This document shows positions 12,401 to 26,200 of a stretch of DNA of 64,000 nucleotides, piece by piece. Source of the DNA: Cycas panzhihuaensis. Lineage: Eukaryota > Plantae > Cycadophyta. Both the position numbers and the translations under genes were made by a program. Positions within the stretch are counted from its first letter, which is position 1. Every line of letters begins with the position of its first letter. Below the pieces are notes generated by a model. That model saw only the letters and a program-made list of their open reading frames with translations. It ran no database searches and had not been told where the DNA came from. The stretch lies in assembly GCA_023213395.1 (NCBI GenBank), contig CM041465.1:39687741-39751740 (forward strand), written 5' to 3'.

Positions 12401-15400
12401 GATTCATTTTCTACTTCAAGCTTGAATTTCTTAAACTTCTAGAATGCTTCAGACTTCTATTTGAGGAAGTAAACTCAAATTTTGTGAAAGAAATCATATG
12501 TGAAGGAGATATAATATAATGCTCCTCCAAAAGATGTTGTGGATATAGGTCCACATAAATCAGAATGTATCATTGCAAAGGATATGATGTATGCCATGCT
12601 TTACCTTTAGGAAAAGGTAATCTATATTATGTCTCCATTATACAAGCTTCACAAAGGTATTTTGAACCATATAGATTTGGAAGTCCATGCATTGTATTTT
12701 TGTTTATCACCAACTTGATATTATCTAAATTCAAGTGGCTAGACGATGATGCCAAAGTTGTATCTTTATTGATGATGGTGTGACGGAGTAAGCAAAATCA
12801 AAAGTTATATTATTTACATCTAACTTATAAAGGCCATGGTCTTTGTGACCAATGGCTACAACCTGATCATTTTTATCACTGAAATAAAATGCTTATTTGT
12901 TATTTATCCAATTGGCTAACGGATACAAAATTCTTCTCCATGGAAGGAATGTAGTAGGCATCACTATTGGGAAATGTTAAAAAAGGATTTGAAGAAGAAT
13001 GAAATGAGGAAACTTTGTCTATACCTAAGATCTGCACTGATTCATTATTGTCAAAAGTTATTGATTTACCATTTTCTTCTTTGACATTATAAAGAAGTTC
13101 TTCACTTCTAGTCATATGATGTGATACCATTAAGTCAATGATCCAAGTTTGACCAACATTTGAAGTGTGATAAGCACAAAGTAGCTTATCCTCTTTTGCA
13201 AACTAATTTGTGTGGCATTGATTGCCACCTCTGAAACCCCCCTTCCTCTTTGACCTCCTTGATATGCACCTTGATTTGGTCGAGGGGGATAGTGTTATTA
13301 TTGCTGCTGAAATCGTTGCTGCTAGTGGAATTGTTGACGAGGTTACTATTGTCTCTGATGTGGCTGCTACTAACGTGTACTCTAAAGGTCAATTTTCGTA
13401 TTTTGATAATTAGGAGCTATGTGGCCAACCTTGCCATAATAATGACAAATAACATTGATTTTTGACGTGTTAATATTTATATTCCCAAACTATTTTGTAA
13501 GTGAAGATTTGGGAGTTTGCTTGGCCTTCAATTTGGCCATGAAAGCTCCTAAAGTAGATGCACCATCATCAATTTCTTTGTCATAAATTTGCTCCTCTTG
13601 AAGTAATAAAATCTCTAGTGTATTGAAAGACATGCTAGAAAGAGAGCCATCTTGTGTGACAGATGAGATAAAACCATTGAAATCTTTAGGCAAAGCTTGA
13701 ATGGTGGTGGTTACAAGCTCATCTCTTAAAGAAAGTTTGCCTAAAATATTTAATTCATTACAAATTTCTTTAATAGAAACAAGAAATGCCAACATAGATT
13801 TTATATACTTTATAGAATAAAGTTTTTCTTTGACCAACAATATGTGAGCTTCATCTTGCCTTTCATACAAAGAGGACAAAATGTCTTAAGTTTCCCTAGA
13901 TGTTTTAGCATTTGAAATGTTTTGATAAACATTCACATCAATAACTATATATAAAAATGCTAAGTCTATTTCATCCTTAGCTTTTCAAGTGGCAACATAA
14001 TCAACATCAAGATCAACAACAACACCATCAATCTCCATAGGTTTAATTAAAGGAATTCTGCCAGAAACATAGCCCCAAAGTTCATTCATCTGTAATAGGT
14101 TTTGTATTTGTCTCTTCCAATCTTGATAATTCTCTTAACCTGTCAACTTGATTGTGCATGCATTAAGCATGTTTAAAGTAGCCATGTTTAAGTTGTAAAG
14201 AGCTTGAAGCTAGCAGATGACTTAGAAACTCAATGCTTTCGTTGCTTAAGTTCCACCTTCTAATAAAACCAACAGTCATGATCTTACTAGAAGATCCAAT
14301 TGAATGGAGTGATGAGGAGTGGAGGACTAAGTAGAAGAGTTGGTCCATCCCTGGTCTATAAAGGAGATCCAACAGTTGAACAAGCCAAATCTAGGACAAG
14401 GTAGGTAGGGTTGATCTATATGGATGTACCATTCTTTCCTTGGGATTCAGAGCTCTAATTACACCCTTTTTTAACCTCCTTTTCCTCAAGCAATCTTAAT
14501 TGTCATGCACTAACAATATGGTTGGTTAGTCCCCTAGGGAATGTACTAAGCTTACGGTTATTTTAGAGGTAAGTTTTAAACTTTTTTTAGGCCTCTCCTA
14601 CTTGATTTTAAAGTTCACTTTTAGAAGATTTAAATGGACTTTAGAATAAGTTTTACTTAGATGATGTAGATGTTTGATTTAATGTTTTACAATGATAAAG
14701 AGCTTCAAAGAGAAGCAATTAAATACATCATAATGATCACTTTGAGCGTTTTACAAAAGCACTTTAGTGTGAAAATAGTGCTATCAAATCTAAGTAAAAG
14801 AAAGTGTTCAAGTGCAACATGAAAATGTAAGCACTTTGAGGAATATGCTAAGTGCTTCAATGAAGAAAGCGTAAAGTCTTTACAAGTGGATTTCTTTTAG
14901 TGTTTGACGAAAAGAGAGAAGAATCACTTGCAAGCTAAAGACACCAAACACCTAGTGTTGGGGCTTTAAAATAGTCCCAACGATCAATAAAATAAAGTGA
15001 TTTTATTACGTAAAAGTGTTTTTGAGCCCCCTTTGTGACTAAGGGCAATATGTCACCATGCAAGGTGCCTTAGAAAAAGTGTTAAGATAGTGATAAATAT
15101 CACTTTAACAAAATGTTAGCACTTTAAAAATCACTTTACCAAGACTTTTTAACACTTATACAACATGAAATAAATGTTAAATAAGACAAAAAATGTTAAA
15201 AGATAAAGGTTAAAATTTTATTTTTTTTGCAACTTTGAGTAGTAAGAATACCATGTAGGGAGCCTTGAATGAGGACTTAAACCAAGGAAACCTAATCTTC
15301 AAAGATAAGTAACTAGTTCAGGTTTACTGATTTGATGATATCACTAGATATAATGAAGAATTTAAGTTTCAAAAAACTAAAAAAAAGTTAATTAAAAAAT

Positions 15401-17044
15401 ATATATATATTAATCCAAAGAGTCCAAATGAGTAAGAGAAGGCTTAAAAAAGGAAAAATATTACTTTTTAGAGTGTAGAACACTTAGAAAGCTTGATTTA
15501 GTCTTTAATATCACAAATGTAAGATTGATGGAGTCAACCGACTGAAAAATCACTGAAAAATATTGATTTTGACTTAAGGAAGAGTGATTTTAAGTAATTT
15601 AAAGTGTTTTGATATAAAACTTTAGTAAATAAATTTTATGAAAAAGTGAATATTTAAAAGAATATTCTTAAAAATATAAAGTAAAGTCTAAATGTTAAAG
15701 TTACTTTTGAAATATATCAAAAAATCTTGAATCTGGTCAAATGGTGGCATGGGCAGATTTTTGAGTCACACAGATGGTGATATCTATGTGAGGACTCCAC
15801 AGATTGAAATGAAATTTAAAAGGAAAGATTACACGCTGAAGACAAAGATTTATTTCTAATTTTCGCTCCTCTTGTTGCCCGTGGAAAGAGAACGAGTAGA
15901 TTAAAGCCAAAACTAGGCACACAATTAGAGAGTGACAAAATCAAACGTACAACAGCTTTCACTCTCCTTTCTTCTTTTTAAAACGTCTGTGGGGCCCACT
16001 GAGGGGTGTGCAACTTTTTACAGATAAGATAGACACTCTAGTTAGTGTGCATGAGTAGTTTAAACTTTTTATTTGGGGTTTGAGGGCCAACAAGTACCTA
16101 AAATTATTTCACAGCCTGTAAGGAGTCAATATCTTGTGATAATCTCAGTCAATGAGATTCAAAATTCACCATAATACTCCAATACCATGATCTGCAAGAA
16201 TAATGAATTGAAAAGTTTAATTTTTAGTGAAAAATCACATTAAAATATGAGTAAAGTAGTCCAAAACCTCTGAAAAAAGATTGAAAAATATTTCAGATCA
16301 GAGGATAATAATCTCTAGCCTTTAGAATACTCTAAAAAAGTTTTGATCTATAATGGTGAGTTTAAAAAATCCTTGGATCACCTTCAAAGAGTGAAGGTCA
16401 TCACTAAGGGTTTGTAAAACCCATTCTAAGTCTCCTTTGAAGAAGAATTCAGAACAGAGGGAACTAATCTCCTCTAGCTCTAATACCAAATGTTAAGAAG
16501 ATCAAATGATTATAATGCCTAAGACCTATACAATCAAAATCATAAAGATAATTCACTCTAGTTCTAGATAACATAAGAACAAAACTAAAAGATAAGCAAG
16601 ACTAAGATCAAATAAGTAAGATGATACCAATGTGTGAGGAGAAGGAATTAGTCCTACACTAAAGTATACCAATTGATTAGTAAATTGGTAGCATAACATT
16701 ACACTTCAACTCTATATCTGAGACATGAGGAGAGGCCTCAATATATAGAGTAATGAAGGTTACCTACCACCATTGGATGTTTGATAAGTGGCAAACATCC
16801 AAGGTATATGCAATGCATGGCTTGCATGTCATGCATGAAGGACATGTGTCCTTTTAGGCTCTTAAGTGAGCAAAGATGCATAAGGGTCCATTTGACCCTT
16901 TAGTTATAATGTTATGTCAGTAGGAGGAATGCAGGTGTGCACTTTATCACTTAAGTGATAAGTCACCCCATAAAGTACAAAATAATGAATGAAAGAATAA
17001 AGTGAATAAAGTACATACTTAACATGTGAACATAAGGTTTAACA
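9466..17044 (-). mobile_element. Full-length decayed Copia element E nested in the D RT
   Basis: LTR pair 9466-~10010 and 16491-17044. PBS complement GCTCTAATACCA at 16477-16488. PPT complement at 10011-10025. ~2.3-kb 5' leader. No TSD match is visible. Confidence 0.93.
10050..14165 (-). pseudogene. E gag-pol polyprotein (gag, zinc knuckle, PR, IN, RT, RH), fragmented
   Basis: gag ORF 13490-13879; decayed CCHC at ~13415-13455; PR WIIDLMVSHHMT at ~13110-13145; IN ORF 11710-12054 (SKLD..FIGY..SKAYKLYD); RT LYVDDL at ~10965-10985; RH HARTKHIKVHYHFIRE. Confidence 0.93.
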
Positions 17045-20000
17045 GGTTGTCCTTCATCTGCTACCATGTTGTAATTTATGTCCATGGGAATTGAATAGGG
17101 ATTACAATCCATCATCCTAAATTTGATTAACATCTCATTTATGTATTTGCTTTGAGATAAGTAAATGTGATCTTGTTGTTGACTTACTTCTAATCCCAGA
17201 TAGTAATTAAGGAGACCAAGATCTATCATTTCAAATTTCTTTTCTAGTTGTTTTTTTATCTCTATAATTGATTTCTCATCATTTCCTATGAGAATCATAT
17301 CATCTATGTAGACAATAATTATTGTGATTAGTCCATTCCTTTTTCTTGTATATAGGCCCAAATCTGAGTTGCAACGTTGAAATCTATTCTGACACAGATG
17401 CTAGTCCAATTTGGCGTACCAAGCATGAGGGGCCTGTTTTAGTCCATATGGTGATTTCTTTAATTTATACACCAAATGTTCTTGTCCCTCTTTGATGTAT
17501 CCTTCAGGTTGTGCCATGTAGACTTCTTCTTTGAGGTTTCCATTTAAGAATGCACTTTGTATATCTAACTAAAAGATTTTTTAGCTATTTAATGCTGTCA
17601 ATGTAATCGTAATTCTTACTATATCTAGCTTGGCTATAGGAGAAAAATTTCTTCAAAATTAACTCTAGCCATTTGGGTGTATTCTTTTGCAACAAGTCAG
17701 GCCTTGTGTCTTTTGACCTTTATACTAGCCCCTTCTTTGATTTTATATACCCATTTGCAATTCACCATTGGCTTGTTGGGAGGAAGTTCTACTAAGTTCC
17801 ATGTTTGATTTTTGATAATCGAGTCTATTTCAGAGTCCATAGATGCTTTCCATTTCAGTTGACCTTGTGCTTCTTGGAAAGATTATGGTTCGATTCAATT
17901 AAGTAGGGCTCTCGATTTTTGATTCCTTGTTTTATATTCAAGTATATTTCCTCTTCCTCCTTCAATTATTTTGATAAACCATTCAGGCAATTTCTTTTCT
18001 TTCCTTGATTCTTCCCTAGTTCTTGAATGCTTTGGAGATGAATCTTCTTCTTGTGCTGAGCTTTCTCTTTCAACTGACTTTGTATGAGTTGAAGATGATT
18101 ATGTGGGGGAAATCTCTTCTGTAGTGATATCTGATGTTTCTTCTATGAAGACTTCATGGCCTAAGTCCTTTACTTCTTCTTCAATTATTTTCATTTGAAA
18201 CTGAGTACCTGAGTGTTCTTCATTAAAGATGTATTTGCTATCATAGATCCTATTTGTTTTTGGATCAATGCATTTGTAAGCTTTTAAGTATTTACTATAT
18301 CCTATTACAATACACTCTATGCTTTTTGCTTCAAGTTTTGATCTTCTTTTATCTGGTATGTGAACAAAGGCCTTACTACCAAATATCTTCAAAGAACTGA
18401 CATCAGATTTGTTACCTATCTGGGCTTCTTTCGATGTGATGTTCTCCAAAGGTTTTGTTGGACTTCTATTTATTAGATAACATGTAGTATTGATAGCTTC
18501 TACCCAGTATGGCTTTAGAATCTGCTTTTTGTGGACCATGCTTTGAGCCTTTTCCATTAGAGTTATGTTCGTCCTTTTAACAACTCCATTAGACTGAGGG
18601 GTATAGGGTGTTGTAATTTGTATATGTATCCCATTTGACTTGTAGTAATTTAGAAAATCCATCAAGATATATTTAACACCTCCATCTAATTTGATGCATT
18701 TTATTTTGCCTTTAGATTTCAATTCTACCTCTACTTTGAATTCCCTGAAAACTTAAAAAACTTATGATTTGTTATGCAAGAAATATACCCATACCTTTCG
18801 AGTGAGGTCATCAATAGAGGTTAGAAAATATTTGCAATCGTTTATTGAAAGTGGTGTGAGCAGTCCATAAAGATCTATATGGATCAATTCCAATTTACTT
18901 TGTGCCCTCCATTTGCTTTCTTTGAAGGTTATTCGATGATGCTTTTCAAATTAACAATCCTTGCAAACAAAGTTTTTAGAGGAGATGTGAGGTAATCCAT
19001 TCACCATATCACATTTTTTCATTAACTTTAATGTTTTTATTGGAATATATTCGTACTTCAAATGCCACACTTTATTATCAGAATTTGTAGCAATACAAAC
19101 TTTTAGACCCAAATTGGGTATTACAGGATCTAATAGTAGTTTATACAAATCATTACACCTGATACCTTTAGCTATTGCTTCCCCATTATTTTTTATATCT
19201 AGTACATGATAATGGCCTTCTTCGTTAAACACAGTTCTTAGCCCCTTTTTGCTAAGTTATGAAACAGATAGAAAATTCATTTTTAGACGAGGGACCAATA
19301 GTATATTTCTAATTTCTTTTATATTTTCTTATAGGTTAATAGCAATGGTATCTACCCCTTTTATGCCAAGTGGGTATTTATCCCCTAACTCAACTGATTT
19401 ATCTATATCGTAGGGTTTTAAGGTTTCAAACCATTTTTTATGATTTGTCATATGTCACAAAGCTCTAGAATCGATGAACCATGTGTCTCCCTCCTTCAGT
19501 CCTGTTGATAATGTGATGATAAATATTGTTTCCTCTTCTTCTTCCTCCACTTGTTCTTTGTTATAGCTACCTATTGAACGTTTCCCTCTATGAATGACTA
19601 CTCTTCTTTGAGAACACTAATAGGGATAGTGTCCTAATTGTCCACAATGGTAACATATATGAAGTGCCCTACATGCATTGGAAAAGTGTCCAAGTCTGCC
19701 ACAACTGAAACAAATTCTAGAGTCTCTACCTCGTCCATGTCCTTCGTTGTCCTAATAGTGGCCACGAGTAGAACTTTTAGAGTCTGGAGTATGTCCTCTT
19801 CCTCATGACTGGCTTTATCCTCAAGGACCCTAGTTTAGCCTAGATGTAAAAGCATCTTCCAACTTTAATGAGTCTTCATAGTGCATGTTTCTTTGTTCCT
19901 ATATTAACAATAAGCCAATCAATTCATCAAGTATCATAGAATTAATTTGATTATTGTTTGTGATGGTATTAATGGTTACATCAAAGGAATTTGGTAGATT

Positions 20001-20462
20001 ACTGGCTACTATTTAAACCAAATTTTTCTTTAGAATAACATCCCCTACACTCAAAAGGCCATTCCTAAGTGAAGTAACTTTATATATGAATTCAATTATT
20101 ATTTCATTTTCCTTCATGTCCAATTTGTACAACTCTTTCTTGAGGGTAAATATTCGTGCCTTATTCTTTTGGCCGAAAAGATTTTCAAAGCATTTTCAAA
20201 TGGATGAGGTAGAGTTTAAAATTTCCACATATACCAAAAGGGAATTTGAAATAGAGAGCTTTAAAATGATTACTCTTGTATTGTCTCTTTCCAACCAACT
20301 GGGTGGAGATATACTTGCATCAACTAGCTTGGTTTCTGTGCTAATGGCAATATTCCAAGTATTTCTCACCCTTAGAAGTGTTTCAATATTTATTTTCCAA
20401 ATATGATAATTACTATCAGTAAGTTTATTTTGATTAGCCAAACCAAAGATAGTAAACACCAT
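17045..20462 (-). pseudogene. D gag, PR, IN and RT (5' part)
   Basis: gag ATG at 20462 (LTDSNYHIWKI); two CCHC knuckles at 19615-19712; PR WFIDSRAL*HMT at ~19445-19482; IN ORF 18099-18722 (PYTPQSNGV); RT YIDDM in ORF 16963-17361. Confidence 0.93.
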
Positions 20463-21869
20463 TTATGACAGGAAAACTCTATTCTGAATAGGGTTGATCG
20501 TATAATGTATAGATTTCTATACAAAATCCTAACCATATAGATCCAAAAAAAGTGTACCTTGAAAGAAAGGTTTTTTCACACTAATTTCATATTTGAAATT
20601 ATTTCTTAGAGGCAATCTCTCAATCTGGAGAAAAATGGCCTAAAACAGAGGAGGTTCTATTAAGGTTTAGATGTAAAAATGCTTCTAGAAGCCAAAATAC
20701 TCCACACAAAGCATCAGTCACTCATGTGATCATCTGTCTAGAAGTGAAGGATTCATACTTGAAGCACATTTGTTATATTTTTAGTGTTTGGGAAATCGTG
20801 ATTTGTTCGGCCTGAGTAAAGATTTAACCTAGCCACTGCTTGTGGAATCTTTTGAAGGTTTTCCATGGAGATATATTTACTATTCTCATTTTTCTATCAC
20901 CCGTGAAGCACTTACTCTTGTATTCATCAAGTAACCTATTTTTAGCCTCATATGGAATTAGTAATGATGCTTCTTTCATCCACTTGGTGATTCGGCATTG
21001 TCCACACTTTTATGTCATAAATCTTGGTTCCAGACATATAATTTTTATTGGGGTAAACTAGGTTGGTGACTGGAGACTATATGTTATCAGTGTGGGCCAC
21101 TTATTAGTCTCTAATTTATGTTTATATTTAGTGTTGAAAATTGCTAGTGATGGGAAATTTGAATGTCAAATTCCAAGCCTGCTTAGAACCATAAGACCAT
21201 CCTGGCTTTGTTTTCTAATTTTGTTGATTTATATTATTTGAAAATACATTGAATTTTTCTTTGCCATATAGTATGTTTATAATTTGCTAAAAACTAAGCA
21301 GCAACTAGAGTCTTATTCTGGATAGAAAATAGAAGACATGCATTATCATACCAAGATAAAGGAGTAGGTAATTCCAATAGCATACATTTTTATTACAAAC
21401 CTTTATAATCTGAGCTTGGATAGTTGACCTAAGTTGCTAGTGAAAGGCACCAATAATAAATAACTCAAGTGCAGGCAAGAGCTTGAAGCATATAACATCA
21501 TCAAGCAAGAAGTAGATAGAACATTAGTTCCCATTCTGCTTGCAATGATTATCATAATCAGATCAACTACAAGGTAAGAGGTACAATTATATTTTCACTT
21601 AGAGTTGAGATGTAAATTATATAAATTTGAATTATGAAAGGAAGCTACTAATTTTGTGAAATTAAACCAACACTACATCATGACCATATTGGGATGAAAA
21701 CATGAAATCTTGGTTCATTATATTTGAGGTAATTTGATACAGAATTCTCCAAGTTCTTTTAGCTCAAAGGTAAGACACTCTATTCTATAAAGGATGATGA
21801 AAGTGTGCACTTTTCTTCTGTTGATTTAAAGGTATCTAGTTGAAAATTTAATCAAGGATGGGTTGGTTA

Positions 21870-22461
21870 TTACTTAATGAAGAAAATTATGAAGAATAAC
21901 ATGAATTTATGAAATGTAAGTTTATTTATTTTGGTTTGTGGGAAATCATCTCAGAAGGTTGTGCATATTTCAATCTAACACCTAGATTAGACGGAAAAGA
22001 TAGTACTACATTTATCTAGATTGCATCCTTGTTAGGTGAAATGCTAAGTAAAAGAGGTATATTTTTTGATTTTTTTATTTTACTCATAATACCACTACAG
22101 GGCACATAATGCATGGAGTTTCTTGAAAGATAAGTTTGGACCAAGATAAAACAATCATCATATAAAAGATGTAGAAGGAAAAATTATTTTTAGGAATAGG
22201 GGACATGTTCTAGTTTATGCATTTTCACTATTTTCTTGTTGTAATAGCTAATAGTTGACTATTCTATTATAGTGACTCTCTATTTTGTACTTTTTTTTTT
22301 GTTATATTTGGTTGTGAGAAAATCAGATACAATGGCATATTTTATGAATAAAGAAATAGTTGGTTTGCATTCTTCAAATTAACATGTAGGTTTTCTCATT
22401 ACATGCATTATGATATTTGGGTTTTTTGGTTAATTTACATGAGTAAATAAATGAACACACA
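21870..22461 (+). mobile_element. 5' LTR of Gypsy G (left boundary approximate)
   Basis: 22220-22461 aligns with the reverse complement of the H LTR (GGTTGTGAGA..CAGAT, AATAAAGA..TTGGTTTGCAT). Ends in CACACA, followed by a decayed PBS like that of H. Confidence 0.7.
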
Positions 22462-22481
22462 TTGATTTTATTATCTCACTT

Positions 22482-23200
22482 TGTTAAAATATTGCTCTAA
22501 TACCATGTTAAAACTTATAATAGCATAATTAATTCATGAGATATGTATACAAATAAATAAATCAACATATAAGGTAAGGTATCAAACATTCATCGTGTTG
22601 AAGAGCATTCACAAGCATTCACTATAAGAGATACACCAAGATTTATATGTGAAAAACTTAGTGTAAGAAAAACTGTAGGAGAAGGTGGAGTTTAGCCTCC
22701 TCTTATGATCATAATGATTACATCTCCAGGTCTTCAACCTTTCTCAAATTTTCAAATAGTGTGTGTATATATTTATAACGCGGTTCACTTCATGAATAGT
22801 CTATGATGTGTTTTGAGTCTTTACATCATACAAAATATGATTACATGGATATGTGTACATCTCACACATCTTAATATATGTGAATAATGGGATGTGTATG
22901 CATATGTCATATATATTAAATGTTACATATGTTATTGTCATATATTTAACATTCTCTCTTAATGTTTAATGTCTTTGAATCTTGTATTCCAATTTTCAAG
23001 TCTTCATCCCTTGATCTTCAACCTATATGTTGGATCTTGTAATCTATATCTTGTATGTTGTGTCATCACCTGTAACATGTGATCATCATGTTTGTCTCTT
23101 GCAAGCATTATGTTATATGTAGTCATTTGTGTGTTAATAATGACCATCTGTGAACATCCAACCTATAATATAATGAATATTAACATCAACATATATGAAA

Positions 23201-23240
<40 letters not shown>

Positions 23241-26200
23241 TATCTTCATCTGTATAACTTCTTTCAATCAACATTCTATCAACCATTTATCAAATTAACA
23301 AACAAGCAAAGTGATTTTTAAGTCCATATCAAATAATAACCATCTATCAAAATATATGGGTAACTAGTCTTTGTAATTGCCAATTTTTTAATTTATTATT
23401 TTAGATACATGGTTTATCATTCTTTTAATTTTCTTGTACAAAAATAGTTTTTCTTTTTTTCAATTAGACCATTTCTACAGTTGAATATTAGTTAGATCTT
23501 CTCTACAACTAATACTTGGTATGCAATATGAGATTTTTTTTTATCTCGTTGAGAGGTGGATTTTTTATAATCTCTTTATCTCTCCATCATTAATACCAAG
23601 TAGTGTCATTAATCATCAAAACAGGTTCAATCAACTAGGTGGTCTACTCATTTAGTTAGTGCTTACTATCCACTAAACCAAATGTGTTTTTTCAAGGGGG
23701 ATATTGCATGTCCAACATATCAAAAAATTTTCATATCATAATTCATCAAATGTTTCTTACTTCATGAATTTTTTCAACTTACTTTGAGTGTTCAAATGTC
23801 ATAAATGAGTCTTACTTTATTCACATTTAAACAAAACTTTCTTATTCTTTCACCATATTTTAAAACTAATATCATCATTATGTTTGGAGCCTTTGGAAAC
23901 ATCAAAATATATTGAAATTATTATAAAAACAACTATGGAATTCATCCTTTATAAGAGTTTGAGCACTTGTATCAACTTTACCCTTTATTTTCTCTGTCAT
24001 CTGTTGTCTGAAGTATGTCGTGCAACCACTCATTTTAACCATCTTGAAGTTGCCTTTATAATGTAACTAATGGTACCTAATTCTGACATATGAGTGATAA
24101 GCCATGATAAAAAATATACCAATGTACCATGAAAAACTATGCGATCCTTAAGATAATACTTTTAGATTTCAAAATTTATTCAAATTTCATATAAAATTTT
24201 TACAAAGTAAAAAATTATCTAGTTTAGTTAACTTCATTTTAGAGCCTGTCCCCTTCGCAACTTACCCCTCAGTCGCTTGGGCTTTCCATGTAACTTGCAA
24301 CTTATATATAGGGTTAAAATTCAGATTTTAAGCATTATAAAAAAGACTTTACTTTTTGTTTCCAAATGTTAATTTTTTTATAAATTAAAAAAAATTGCAT
24401 CAAAAACAATGTTTGTGGAGCTAAAGGTTTGATTAGGGCATGTTTTCTATGTTTAATCTTCATAAGTTATGGTGTAGGTGTAAGTTTCATGGAGGTCATT
24501 CTCACATTCATCTTTCTTTATGAGGTTGGATCACTAGCATAACATTAGTATATTCAAACTTCTGGCTCATCAAATACAGCTCATATCTAGCTCATATACT
24601 GTCTCATATACAACTTTGTTACTGACTCTTTAGGCTTCTTCTTATTGCACAAGATCTCTCAATCATGGCTCTGATGCCATGTTAAAATATTATTATTATA
24701 CCACGTTAAAATTTACAATAGAATAATCGATTCATAAGATATATACACAAGTAAATAAATTAATATATAAAGTAAAGTATCAAACATTCATTAAGTATTA
24801 AAGAGAATTCACAAGCATTCATCACAAGAGAGACACTATACCATGGGAGAGGGTGGATTTTGGACTCCTCTTATGATAATAATGATTACATCTCTATGTC
24901 TTTAACCTTTTTCAAGTTCTTAAGTAGTGTGTTTATATATTGATAATATGATTCACCTCATGAGTAGCTTATGATATGTCTTGAGCCTTTATATCATGTA
25001 ATAATATGATTATATGGATATGTATGTATCTCATATATCTTGATGTATGTGAATGGTGGGATGTGAATGTGTATATCATATACATTGAACATTATATATA
25101 TGTGATTATCACATATTTAATATTCCCCCTTAATGTTTAATGTCTTTGAATCTTGCTTTCAAGTATTCATCCATTGATTTTTAATTTGAATGTTAGATCC
25201 TATAACATGTATCATGTATGTTGTGTCATCACCTATAACCTTTAATCATCTTGCTTGTCTCCTGTAAGCATTAATGTATATGTAGTCATCCATGTACTAG
25301 TAGTGACCATCTATAAACAACCAACCTATAATATAACCAACATCAACATCAATATACATAAAGTGTTTTCGTGTACAAATTCATATCTTCAATTGTATAA
25401 CTGTTTACAATCAACATTTTGTCAACTATTTATTAATCAATAAACAAACAAGTGATTTCTAAGTCCATATAAAACAATAACTATCTATTGAAACACATAG
25501 GTAACCAACATCTATAATCACTAGTTTTTTAGATAATTATTTTAGATACATGGTTTATCATTCTTTTAAATTACTTGTACAAAAGTAGATTCTTTCTTTC
25601 ATTTAACTAGACCATTTCAATAACTTAATAGTAATTAGATCTCATCTATAGCTAATACTTGGTATGCCACATGAGAGTTTTTTTCATCTCATTAACAAGT
25701 AGATTTCTTACAATCTCCTTATCTCTCCATCATCAATACCAAGTGGTATTATAAATCATCAAAAATAGGTTCAACAAACTAGGTGGCCTACTCATCTAGG
25801 TAGTTCTTACCATCCACTAAACTAAATGTGTTTTTTCAAGGGGGATATTACATATCATAAATTCATCAAATGATTTTCACTTCATGAGTTTTTTTCAACT
25901 AACTTTAAGGCTTCAAATGTCATAAATGTGCCTTAATTTCTTCACACTTAAATGAAACTTTCTTATTCTTTTACTATCTTTTAAAAATAATATCAAGATT
26001 ATGTTTAAAGCCTTTAAAAATATACTAATTTTTTTTTTTAAATAATTATGGAATTCATCATTTATAAGGTTTTAAGCACTTATATCAAATTTACCCTTCA
26101 TTTTCTCTATCATGTGTATGACCACTTGTTTTGACTCTTGAAGTTGCCTTTCTAATGCAACTGATGGTACTTGATTCTAAAATATGAGAGATGAGTTATA

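Larger units (their letters stand above)
8547..21860 (-). mobile_element. Copia element D (contains E); 5' LTR not found in the window, right boundary approximate
   Basis: 228-bp 3' LTR 8547-8774 (TGTTA..TAACA), PPT at 8775-8785. gag-PR-IN-RT-RH order on the minus strand. The RT frame continues across E (..ADEGQP | E*LVDITLYRQLI). Confidence 0.85.

Noticed and set aside
22494-22505. PBS first read as belonging to Copia D, implying a chimera with mismatched LTRs
   Set aside because: It lies inside the 24-bp extension of the F terminal LTR (also present at 24680 and 29157), and the sequence to its left is the LTR and PBS of G.
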